Of a stretch of DNA of 47,993 nt, positions 18,747-27,132 are shown in pieces. The notes below the pieces were generated by a model. The model was not told the DNA's origin, did no database searches, and worked only from the letters and a program-made list of their open reading frames with translations. Position numbers and translations under genes: made by a program. Source of the DNA: Bacteroidales bacterium (GTDB lineage Bacteria; Bacteroidota; Bacteroidia; Bacteroidales; UBA7960); assembly GCA_003557965.1 (NCBI GenBank), contig PWND01000166.1, positions 1 to 47,993 of the forward strand, written 5' to 3'. Positions within the stretch are counted from its first letter, which is position 1; each line of letters opens with the position of its first letter.

Positions 18747-20012
18747 ATGAAGCAACAAATATTTAAAGATTTTAAAAATATTGACAAAACGATTGTTTTG
18801 CTTTATTTAATACTGGTTGTTGTTGGCTGGCTTAGCATTTACGCTGCTGATTATAAAGAAGTGCACAGAGGAATTTTCGATATTTCCACAAACTATGGCA
18901 AGCAGCTTATATGGATATTTGCCGCATTTTTTATTGGTTTTGCTATGTTGCTGATTGATGTAAAACTACTACAGGCATTTGCATATCAAATATTCGCAAT
19001 ATCAATGCTTGTTTTGGTGGCAGTTTTGTTTTTTGGCACGGAAATAAATGCCTCAAAATCCTGGTTTACTTTTGGGCAATTTAGTATCCAGCCCTCAGAG
19101 TTTACTAAGTTTACTGCAGCATTGGCCATTGCTAAATACATAAACAGCAACAAAAACCGAGCATTGTCATTTAAAATCAGGCTAATGCCATTGGTGTTTT
19201 TATTTATTCCTTTTGCACTGGTAATGCTTCAAAATGACACAGGAACAGCAATGGTTTTTGGAGCCCTGTTTTTTATGTTATACAGAGAAGGGTATATTTC
19301 AGGCGTTCTGCTGTCTTTTGCCGCTGCTGCTGCTTTTTTATTTATTCTGACATTGCTGATGAACGAATTTGTTATTATTGGGATTTTAGCTCTAATAGCT
19401 GTTATTACTGCTATTATCCTTAGAAACAACAAAAAAGAAGTAATGGCAGTTGTAGGCTTGTTTGTTCTGCTTTCTGTTTATGTTTATTCTGTAGATTATA
19501 CTTTTGAGAATGTTTTGCAGCCTCACCAAAAAAACAGGATAGAAGTCCTTGTTGACCCCAATGTTGACCCATTAGGTGCAGGGTATAACCTTAATCAATC
19601 AAAAATTGCAATTGGTTCAGGAGGCCTTTGGGGAAAAGGGTTTTTAGCAGGAACTCAAACCAAGTTTGACTTTGTGCCTGAACAAAGCACCGACTTTATT
19701 TTTTGTACTATTGGTGAAGAGTGGGGATGGGCTGGAAGTGCAGCACTAATTATTATTTTTGTTGTTTTCTTGATTAGAATTATTTTAGTAGCTGAAAAAC
19801 AACGCTCAGCTTTTAGCAGGATCGTTGGGTATAGTACGGCCTGCCTATTATTTTTTCACTTTGCTGTTAATATTGGAATGACGATAGGCCTTGTTCCGGT
19901 TATTGGAATACCCCTGCCATTTATAAGCTATGGGGGATCTTCTTTGCTGGCTTTTACTATTATGATTTTTACATTTTTGAAGCTGGATATGAAAAAATTA
20001 GAGATGTTATAA
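18747..20012 (+). CDS. rodA: Rod shape-determining protein RodA (SEDS glycosyltransferase)
   Basis: 421 aa, polytopic. SEDS blocks are QPSEFTK, FVPEQSTDFIF and GIPLPFISYGGSS. It starts 3 nt after the mrdA stop. Confidence 0.93.
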   Translation: MKQQIFKDFKNIDKTIVLLYLILVVVGWLSIYAADYKEVHRGIFDISTNYGKQLIWIFAAFFIGFAMLLIDVKLLQAFAYQIFAISMLVLVAVLFFGTEINASKSWFTFGQFSIQPSEFTKFTAALAIAKYINSNKNRALSFKIRLMPLVFLFIPFALVMLQNDTGTAMVFGALFFMLYREGYISGVLLSFAAAAAFLFILTLLMNEFVIIGILALIAVITAIILRNNKKEVMAVVGLFVLLSVYVYSVDYTFENVLQPHQKNRIEVLVDPNVDPLGAGYNLNQSKIAIGSGGLWGKGFLAGTQTKFDFVPEQSTDFIFCTIGEEWGWAGSAALIIIFVVFLIRIILVAEKQRSAFSRIVGYSTACLLFFHFAVNIGMTIGLVPVIGIPLPFISYGGSSLLAFTIMIFTFLKLDMKKLEML

Positions 20013-20049
20013 TTAGCTTTACAACACGCATAATAACAAAATTGATCAA

Positions 20050-20928
20050 ATGGTTATAGCAATATATGGAAGAAAGTTTTCGCAGGAGTATTCAGAGAGT
20101 ATCCAGCGAATGATTGAAAATCTTGAAAAAGCCGCAGAATTATTTTGTATTCATGAACAAATATTTGATTTTTTATCTTCCAACATAAAATTCAACAAAC
20201 CTGTTGAAAAGTTTTCAAGCCACGAAAGCTTAAACAAAAACACTTTTTGCCTTATCAGCATTGGAGGTGATGGCACTTTGCTTGATACCTTAACACTGAT
20301 TAGAGATTCCGGCATCCCGGTTTTGGGAATTAATGCCGGAAGGCTGGGCTTTTTATCTGCAATTACAGCTGACGAAATTGCATTTGCAACCAATTGTATT
20401 GTTACAGGGAATTACAGCATAGATTCAAGAACTTTAGTACAGCTTAAGTCGCCAGGCCACTTTTTCAATGACTTTGCTTATGCCCTTAACGAATTAGCTA
20501 TTGTTAAAAGCGACACAACAAGCATGATTACGATAAAAGCTATGGTAAATAATCAGTACCTTAATACATACTGGGCAGATGGGCTTATTGTTGCTACTCC
20601 AACAGGGAGCACCGGCTACTCATTAAGTTGTGGTGGCCCGATTATTTCTCCGGAATCCAGCAACCTGGTAGTTACCCCTATAGCATCACATAACTTAACG
20701 GTAAGGCCCGTTATAATACCTGACAACGCAGAAGTAAAACTTGTTGTGGAAGGGAGAAACCAGGAATACAACCTTGTAATGGACTCCAGGTCAGTTATTG
20801 TTAATAACAAAATGGAAATAAAAATTTCAATAGCTGGCTTTAGATTTAACCTATTGTGCCCCGGACAGAAAAACTTCTACGAAACCATAAGAAATAAACT
20901 AACATGGGGGCTGGATAAAAGAAATTAA
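20050..20928 (+). CDS. nadK: NAD kinase
   Basis: 292 aa with GGDGTLL, NAGRLGFL and GSTGYSLS.GGPI. Confidence 0.92.
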   Translation: MVIAIYGRKFSQEYSESIQRMIENLEKAAELFCIHEQIFDFLSSNIKFNKPVEKFSSHESLNKNTFCLISIGGDGTLLDTLTLIRDSGIPVLGINAGRLGFLSAITADEIAFATNCIVTGNYSIDSRTLVQLKSPGHFFNDFAYALNELAIVKSDTTSMITIKAMVNNQYLNTYWADGLIVATPTGSTGYSLSCGGPIISPESSNLVVTPIASHNLTVRPVIIPDNAEVKLVVEGRNQEYNLVMDSRSVIVNNKMEIKISIAGFRFNLLCPGQKNFYETIRNKLTWGLDKRN

Positions 20929-20974
20929 TATTATTAAAAGAAAAGATTTATTTAACATATTTATAAAAAATTAC

Positions 20975-20982
20975 TATATTTG
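20975..20982 (+). promoter_or_regulatory. Bacteroidota-type -7 box (TATATTTG) upstream of the first DUF6089 gene
   Basis: Exact TAnnTTTG match 65 nt upstream of the ATG at 21047. Confidence 0.3.
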
Positions 20983-21046
20983 CCCGCAAACTATATTAAC
21001 ATTGTTGGTTTATTAATATATTTGGCATTGCAAAATTAAACCACAA

Positions 21047-22030
21047 ATGACAAATTTTTCTCGTATAATTATTTTTCTCTTTGTTTTAACACTTTGCCTA
21101 GAAGCATTTTCTCAGGGGCAAGCCTGGAGAAGAGAAAGAGAACATATTGTATTAGGGCTGGGTGGCACAGGCTTTATGGGTGACTTGGGAGGTGCTGACA
21201 GAGAAGGTTCTCACTTTGTCAGGGACTATGACTTCGCTGCTATGAGGCCGGCAGGCCTGCTGGGTTTTAGATATTTTGTGATAGAAGACGTCGCCGTTAG
21301 AGGAAGTTTAGCGTATGGATATGTTTCAGGTGATGATGCTCACACCAATGAACCATACAGGAGCAATAGAAATATTCACTTCAGGTCACCAATTTGGGAG
21401 CTTGCTGCACAAGGTGAGTATTACTTTTTAAGAGCCTACCAGATGGGCGCTAGATATAGAAGAGTTACACGTACAAGGGGTTGGTTTGGCTATAACTTCT
21501 CCGCTTATGCCTTTGGAGGCGTTGCAGCTTTTTACTACAACCCTCAAGGATATTTTGATAGAGATCAATACAATGGAACTATCCCGGTGGAAGATCTGCC
21601 CGAAAATGGATGGTATAACTTAAGGCCACTCCGAACCGAAGGACAAGGATACTTCCCTACCAGGGAAAAATATTCTACCATATCCGTTTCTGTCCCTCTG
21701 GGTGTTGGTGCAATCTTTGTTATTAATAGAGAATTATCAGTAGGGATTGAATATGGTTTTAGATTAACATGGACTGACTACATTGACGATACCAGCCGTA
21801 CTTACGTTGACCCGGCAATATTCCATGAAATGTTTGAAGGCAATCCACAAAAAATTGCCCTGGCAGAATATTTTGCTAATCCTACATCAGGAGAGCTTGG
21901 CGACAATGTTACAGCACCGGGGCAGCAAAGAGGCGGCCCTCACAACAATGATGCATATATGTTTACATTAATTACTGTTTACTATAAAATGCCACAACTT
22001 AGGCCATCGCATGGCCTGCCAAGATTTTAA
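21047..22030 (+). CDS. DUF6089-like outer-membrane beta-barrel protein (paralog 1)
   Basis: 327 aa with a signal peptide. It shares blocks with the next ORF (GD.GG, NLHFRS.I.EL.AQ.E, LR.L.TEGQG, TDY.DD.S..Y.DP, QRG.P..ND.Y) and holds the usual position upstream of uppS-bamA in Bacteroidota. Confidence 0.65.
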   Translation: MTNFSRIIIFLFVLTLCLEAFSQGQAWRREREHIVLGLGGTGFMGDLGGADREGSHFVRDYDFAAMRPAGLLGFRYFVIEDVAVRGSLAYGYVSGDDAHTNEPYRSNRNIHFRSPIWELAAQGEYYFLRAYQMGARYRRVTRTRGWFGYNFSAYAFGGVAAFYYNPQGYFDRDQYNGTIPVEDLPENGWYNLRPLRTEGQGYFPTREKYSTISVSVPLGVGAIFVINRELSVGIEYGFRLTWTDYIDDTSRTYVDPAIFHEMFEGNPQKIALAEYFANPTSGELGDNVTAPGQQRGGPHNNDAYMFTLITVYYKMPQLRPSHGLPRF

Positions 22031-22084
22031 CTTTTATACTCTTTATTTTGGTTGAAAAATATTTTTAATAATGTTTCGTTATAT

Positions 22085-22110
22085 AAAAACTTCCTTTAAA
22101 GGAAGTTTTT
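22085..22110 (+). terminator. Perfect 26-bp palindrome (aaaaacttccttt/aaaggaagttttt), a likely intrinsic terminator
   Basis: Stem ACTTCCTT/AAGGAAGT closed by a TAAA centre and followed by TTTTT, 55 nt downstream of the first DUF6089 gene. Confidence 0.6.
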
Positions 22111-22143
22111 CAGTTATTAGGGAAGTGTGTTAAATATTTATAT

Positions 22144-22950
22144 ATGATATTTAAGCTTTTTGCAGCATCTTTATTGCTTGTTATTTGTTTGCAGCCGGCA
22201 TACAGCCAAAAAAATGAAATAGGTATAGTAGGTGGTGGCAGCTATTATTTAGGTGACCTTAACCCTTCAAAGCATTTTGCTATGACAAATGCTGCGGGAG
22301 GAATAATCTATCGCAGAAATTTTACGGAACACTTAGCTGTAAGAGCAAATGCAATATATGGCAAAGTAGAAGCTGACGATGCTGTAATTGGCTATAATAC
22401 AGAAAGAAACCTGCATTTTCGCTCATCTATTATTGAATTATCTGCTCAGGCCGAAGTAAACTTTGTGCCATTTATTGCAGGAGATATTGATTCACCATAT
22501 AGCTTTTACCTGATTGGTGGCATAGGCGCTTTTCGTTATAACCCCAAAGCATATTATAATGGCACATGGTATGAACTTAGAGGACTGGGAACAGAAGGAC
22601 AGGGCTCAGAATTATATCCCGACAGAGAAATGTATAGCCTGTATTCATATAGCTTAATATTTGGAGTTGGCATGAAGTTTTATATTTCACAGTATATTAC
22701 AGCCGGCCTTGAATGGGGTATGAGAAGAACAGGAACCGATTATTTGGATGATGTTAGCACTTCATATCCCGACCCGGCAGCACTCTCTGAATTAGCATCG
22801 AATTTATCCGACAGAAGTTTGAACCAGAATAATGTGCCGGGAATGCAAAGAGGAAACCCTTATAGAAATGACTGGTATTCTTTTGCAGGGTTAAGTATCA
22901 CTTTTAAAATTAATGACCCCAGTGGAATAAGATGCTATACTTATGATTAA
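22144..22950 (+). CDS. DUF6089-like outer-membrane beta-barrel protein (paralog 2)
   Basis: 268 aa with a signal peptide and the conserved blocks shared with 21047..22030. Confidence 0.65.
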   Translation: MIFKLFAASLLLVICLQPAYSQKNEIGIVGGGSYYLGDLNPSKHFAMTNAAGGIIYRRNFTEHLAVRANAIYGKVEADDAVIGYNTERNLHFRSSIIELSAQAEVNFVPFIAGDIDSPYSFYLIGGIGAFRYNPKAYYNGTWYELRGLGTEGQGSELYPDREMYSLYSYSLIFGVGMKFYISQYITAGLEWGMRRTGTDYLDDVSTSYPDPAALSELASNLSDRSLNQNNVPGMQRGNPYRNDWYSFAGLSITFKINDPSGIRCYTYD

Positions 22951-23085
22951 AGAGTATTATTCTTTATTAATGCTGTTGATAAAAATTATTGAACCTTATA
23001 AATGAAAAACAATATAAATCTTTTTTTTTAATTAAAAACATTTTAAGAACTTTGTGCCTCTTTTTTAGCAGAATACTAAACAAAC

Positions 23086-23814
23086 ATGCAACTAAAACAA
23101 AAAATAATAAAAGACAAGCTGCCTAAACATGTTGCCTTGATTATGGATGGTAATGGGCGATGGGCTAAGCAAAGAGGTAAAGAAAGAGTTTTTGGCCACG
23201 AAAACGGTGTTAATGCCGTAAAGCAAACCGTAGAAGCAGCCGGTGAAATCGGAATACCATATCTTACTTTTTATGCCTTTTCAACTGAAAACTGGGATAG
23301 GCCAAAAGAAGAAGTTGACACACTAATGGAGTTACTGGTTAAAGCTATTCAAACAGAAACAGAAACCCTTAATAAAAATGGTGTCAGGCTAAAAGCAATA
23401 GGGGATTTAAACAGCTTGCCAAAAAAATGCTATGAAGAACTTGCAGAAGCTATAAATATTACATCAAATAATGACAAAATTACTGTAGTGATAGCATTAA
23501 GCTATAGTTCCAGGTATGAAATAGTTGAAGCTGTGAAAAACATTAGTGATCTGGTAAAATCAGAGCGAATTAATACCAAAGAGATAGATCAAAAAATGTT
23601 TTCTTCGTTTCTTCAAACAAACGAATTTCCTGACCCTGATTTATTGATTCGAACCAGTGGTGAGCAAAGGATCAGTAATTTTTTATTATGGCAATTGGCA
23701 TATTCTGAACTATATTTTACACCAGTATTGTGGCCTGATTTCAACAAAGAGCATTTTTATGAAGCCATAATTGATTTTCAAAGCAGGGAAAGGCGCTTTG
23801 GGAAAACAGAATAG
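23086..23814 (+). CDS. uppS: Isoprenyl transferase (undecaprenyl diphosphate synthase)
   Basis: 242 aa with HVALIMDGNGRWA, TFYAFSTENW.RP, IRTSGE.R.SNFLLWQ.AYSE and the RERRFG C-terminus. Confidence 0.95.
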   Translation: MQLKQKIIKDKLPKHVALIMDGNGRWAKQRGKERVFGHENGVNAVKQTVEAAGEIGIPYLTFYAFSTENWDRPKEEVDTLMELLVKAIQTETETLNKNGVRLKAIGDLNSLPKKCYEELAEAINITSNNDKITVVIALSYSSRYEIVEAVKNISDLVKSERINTKEIDQKMFSSFLQTNEFPDPDLLIRTSGEQRISNFLLWQLAYSELYFTPVLWPDFNKEHFYEAIIDFQSRERRFGKTE

Positions 23815-23968
23815 TGAAAAACAGAAAATAGCGTAACTGTATAATAAAATGAAAAATATATAGTTGTTTTTTTTTAGATAATATTACTTTAATGACAAGC
23901 TACCTGGAATATAAAAGAAGATTTTTAAGAAAAGGATACTCTGTCTGATTTGTAAAAAACATATAAAC

Positions 23969-26467
23969 ATGATATATAAACTAATAATCATTTTCTTTAC
24001 TGTAACTCTTTTAAGCATAAATGCCGGCGGACAGGTTCTTACAGGTGATCAAATAAATATTGATTATAGTAATCCGCAAGAGTATGAAATAGGAGGTATT
24101 ACCGTTAGTGGGGTAAACTTTATTGAGCATAGCATAATATTAATGGTATCAGGCCTTGAGGTTGGCGAAAAGATAATGATTCCCGGAGAACAAATTAGTC
24201 AGGCTATTCAAAGTTTATGGCGTCAGGGCTTATTTAAAAATGTTGCTATTTCTATAACATCTATCCAGGAAGGCATGGTTTTTCTTGATATTGAATTGGT
24301 TGAAAGGCCCAGGCTTGCGAGATACGAATTTCATGGCGTAAGAAAATCTGAATCGGAAAGCCTTCAGAAAAAATTAGACCTTGTCAGGGGTGATGTTATT
24401 ACAGAAAGCTTGTTGGTTAGAGCAGAAAGCGCAATAAATGACTTTTTTGTTGACAAGGGATACCTAACGCCAAGTGTTGAAATTGAGCAGACTACAGATA
24501 CTATAAGGCCAAACAGTGTGATTTTAAACTTTTCTATTGATAAAGGCCCCAGAACAAGAATACGAGAAATAAATTTTTATGGTAACGAGAAACTCTCCGA
24601 TTGGGATCTTAAATGGACAATGAAAGACACTAGGGAAAGAAGTGCCTGGTTTATTTTTTCATCATCAAGGTTTGATCCTAAAGATTTTAAAAAAGATAAA
24701 AGAAAAATAATTGACAGATATAACGAAATTGGGAAGCGAGATGCAAGAGTATTAAAAGATTCTATTTATTTTATTAAAGATAACAGAATCGGCATTGATA
24801 TTTACATTGAAGAAGGCCCAACATATTATTTCAGAAATATTGAATGGATAGGGAACACTGTTTATCCTTCAGAAACACTAACAGAAATTTTAGATATTGA
24901 GCCCGGAGATATTTATAATCAAAGCAAGCTGGAAAAGAATTTATATATGAATATTGACGGGGTTGATGTAAGCTCATTATACCTTGATAACGGATACTTG
25001 TTTTTTAATATTGACCCGGTGGAGGTTCGTGTTGAAAATGATAGTATAGACCTTGAGCTAAGGATTTATGAGGGACAGCAAGCTACAATAAACAGGGTAA
25101 GTGTGGTTGGAAACACAAAAACCAACGACCATGTTATAATGCGTGAAATCCGAACCCGGCCCGGCCAACTTTTCAGCAGAAGTGATATTATCCGAAGCCA
25201 AAGAGAAATTATTCAACTTGGGTATTTCGACCAGGAAACCATTGATGTTATTCCAAGGCCAAACCCCGCTGATGGCACAGTTGATATTGAGTATATTGTA
25301 GAAGAAACATCTTCTGACCAGATAGAGCTTTCCGGAGGTTGGGGAGCCGGAAGGGTTATTGGAACTTTAGGGCTTTCTTTTAATAACTTTTCTTCCCGGC
25401 AAATTCTTAACCCCGATGCATGGAGGCCACTGCCAAGTGGCGACGGGCAAAGGCTTACTTTAAGAGCTCAAACATTCGGAAGAGGCTATATCAGCTACTC
25501 AATGTCTTTTGTTGAACCCTGGCTGGGAGGAAAAAAACCAAACTCTTTTAGTGTGTCTGTATATCAAACCACGCACAGAAGAAATGTGGCTTCAAGCCAC
25601 CCAAACTATGGGTATTATTCTATTATTGGTGCAAGCGTTGGCCTGGCAAGAAGATTGACTCTGCCGGATGACTTTTTCTTCCTTCAACAAAATATTACTT
25701 ATCAGTATTATGATATTTCAAACCCGCCATTAATGTTTATTTTTGATGAGGGATATTCTAACAACTTCAGCTATACAACCGTTTTTGGCAGAAACTCGAT
25801 TGATGCTCCCTTATATCCCAGATCCGGCTCTGAATCATCGATCTCTTTGCAATTAACACCCCCATACTCCCTGTTTTCGGATAAAGACTATGCGAGTGCA
25901 CCTGATCAGGAAAAATACAGACTGCTGGAATATCACAAATGGAAATTTAGGACAAGCTGGTACCAGCCATTAATAGAAAACCTGGTTTTGTCTGTCAGAA
26001 CACGTTTTGGATACCTGGGATATTATAATTCCGACATTGGAGTTTCTCCTTTTGAAAGATTTTATTTGGGAGGAGATGCACTTTCAGGCTGGGAAATTGA
26101 TGGCAGGGAAATAATCTCTTTAAGGGGTTATGGTAACTATTCCTTAACGCCAACGGATGCAAGAAATAACTTCATTGGGGCAAATGTGTACACCAAATAT
26201 ACTGCGGAACTAAGGTACCCTGTTTCGCTAAATCCAATGGCTACAATTTATGTTTTAGGCTTTGTTGAAGCTGGAAATGCCTGGATGGGAATAAACAACT
26301 TCAATCCATTTGACGTGAAAAGATCAGCAGGGTTTGGAGTAAGAGTGTTCTTGCCAATGTTTGGATTACTGGGGCTCGACTGGGGATATGGATTTGATGA
26401 TATTCCCGGAAGACCTGGCGACAGTGGTGGTAATTTCCACTTCTCGATTGGACATCAAATTGATTAA
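23969..26467 (+). CDS. bamA: Outer membrane protein assembly factor BamA
   Basis: 832 aa with a signal peptide, POTRA-like repeats (I..I.F.GN; V.GN..T.D.VI.RE) and a C-terminal Omp85 barrel (RGY......G....T.ELR.P; ...FHFSIG). Confidence 0.93.
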   Translation: MIYKLIIIFFTVTLLSINAGGQVLTGDQINIDYSNPQEYEIGGITVSGVNFIEHSIILMVSGLEVGEKIMIPGEQISQAIQSLWRQGLFKNVAISITSIQEGMVFLDIELVERPRLARYEFHGVRKSESESLQKKLDLVRGDVITESLLVRAESAINDFFVDKGYLTPSVEIEQTTDTIRPNSVILNFSIDKGPRTRIREINFYGNEKLSDWDLKWTMKDTRERSAWFIFSSSRFDPKDFKKDKRKIIDRYNEIGKRDARVLKDSIYFIKDNRIGIDIYIEEGPTYYFRNIEWIGNTVYPSETLTEILDIEPGDIYNQSKLEKNLYMNIDGVDVSSLYLDNGYLFFNIDPVEVRVENDSIDLELRIYEGQQATINRVSVVGNTKTNDHVIMREIRTRPGQLFSRSDIIRSQREIIQLGYFDQETIDVIPRPNPADGTVDIEYIVEETSSDQIELSGGWGAGRVIGTLGLSFNNFSSRQILNPDAWRPLPSGDGQRLTLRAQTFGRGYISYSMSFVEPWLGGKKPNSFSVSVYQTTHRRNVASSHPNYGYYSIIGASVGLARRLTLPDDFFFLQQNITYQYYDISNPPLMFIFDEGYSNNFSYTTVFGRNSIDAPLYPRSGSESSISLQLTPPYSLFSDKDYASAPDQEKYRLLEYHKWKFRTSWYQPLIENLVLSVRTRFGYLGYYNSDIGVSPFERFYLGGDALSGWEIDGREIISLRGYGNYSLTPTDARNNFIGANVYTKYTAELRYPVSLNPMATIYVLGFVEAGNAWMGINNFNPFDVKRSAGFGVRVFLPMFGLLGLDWGYGFDDIPGRPGDSGGNFHFSIGHQID

Positions 26468-26519
26468 TGCAAAAAACAGTTTATTTTTATATTAAAATAT
26501 TTATATAGGAGGAATTATT

Positions 26520-27035
26520 ATGAAAAAGGTTTTTTTATTAGCCGCATTAGTACTGTTTGTATCAATTGGCTTACAGGCTCAAAGATTTGCATATATTGAT
26601 ACAGAGTATATTCTTGACAACATTCCTGAATACCAGGCAGCACAAAGAGAACTTGAAGAAATTTCCGTTACATGGCAGCAGGAAATTGAAGCTAAGTTTT
26701 CAGAAATTGACAGGCTGTATAAAGAGTACCAGGCAGAAGCGGTTTTACTACCCGATGAAATAAAGCGTGAAAGAGAAGATGAAATAATAGCTAAGGAAAG
26801 AGATGCAAAAGCTCTGCAAATGCAACGCTTTGGCAGAGATGGAGACCTCTATCAAAAAAGGGAAGAACTTATTTCGCCCATTCAAGACAGGGTTTATGAA
26901 GCTGTAGAAGAAGTTGCGAACAGAAACAACTATGCTGTTATCTTTGACAAAGCCGGCGGAGCAACCATGATTTATACAGACGTAAGATACGATCTTAGTG
27001 ATGACGTGCTCCAAAGTATGGGATACAGAAGATAG
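26520..27035 (+). CDS. OmpH/Skp family periplasmic chaperone
   Basis: 171 aa with a signal peptide and a coiled-coil-rich middle. The blocks AYIDTEYIL...P and YAVIFDK are typical of Bacteroidota OmpH, and the gene lies directly after bamA. Confidence 0.88.
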   Translation: MKKVFLLAALVLFVSIGLQAQRFAYIDTEYILDNIPEYQAAQRELEEISVTWQQEIEAKFSEIDRLYKEYQAEAVLLPDEIKREREDEIIAKERDAKALQMQRFGRDGDLYQKREELISPIQDRVYEAVEEVANRNNYAVIFDKAGGATMIYTDVRYDLSDDVLQSMGYRR

Positions 27036-27068
27036 GTAAAATCAAAGTATTTGTTTAAACATAAAAGG

Positions 27069-27124
27069 ATGGGCCTGACATTGCTTTAAAGTTTCAGCCC
27101 AAAAGCAATTTATGCCTGGCCCAT
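27069..27124. terminator. Nested hairpin between convergent genes (possible bidirectional terminator)
   Basis: Outer arms are ATGGGCC (27069-27075) and GGCCCAT (27118-27124), enclosing the inner 8-bp stem ATTGCTTT/AAAGCAAT. It lies between the skp stop (27035) and the M16 peptidase stop (27133). Confidence 0.4.
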
Positions 27125-27132
27125 TCATTTTT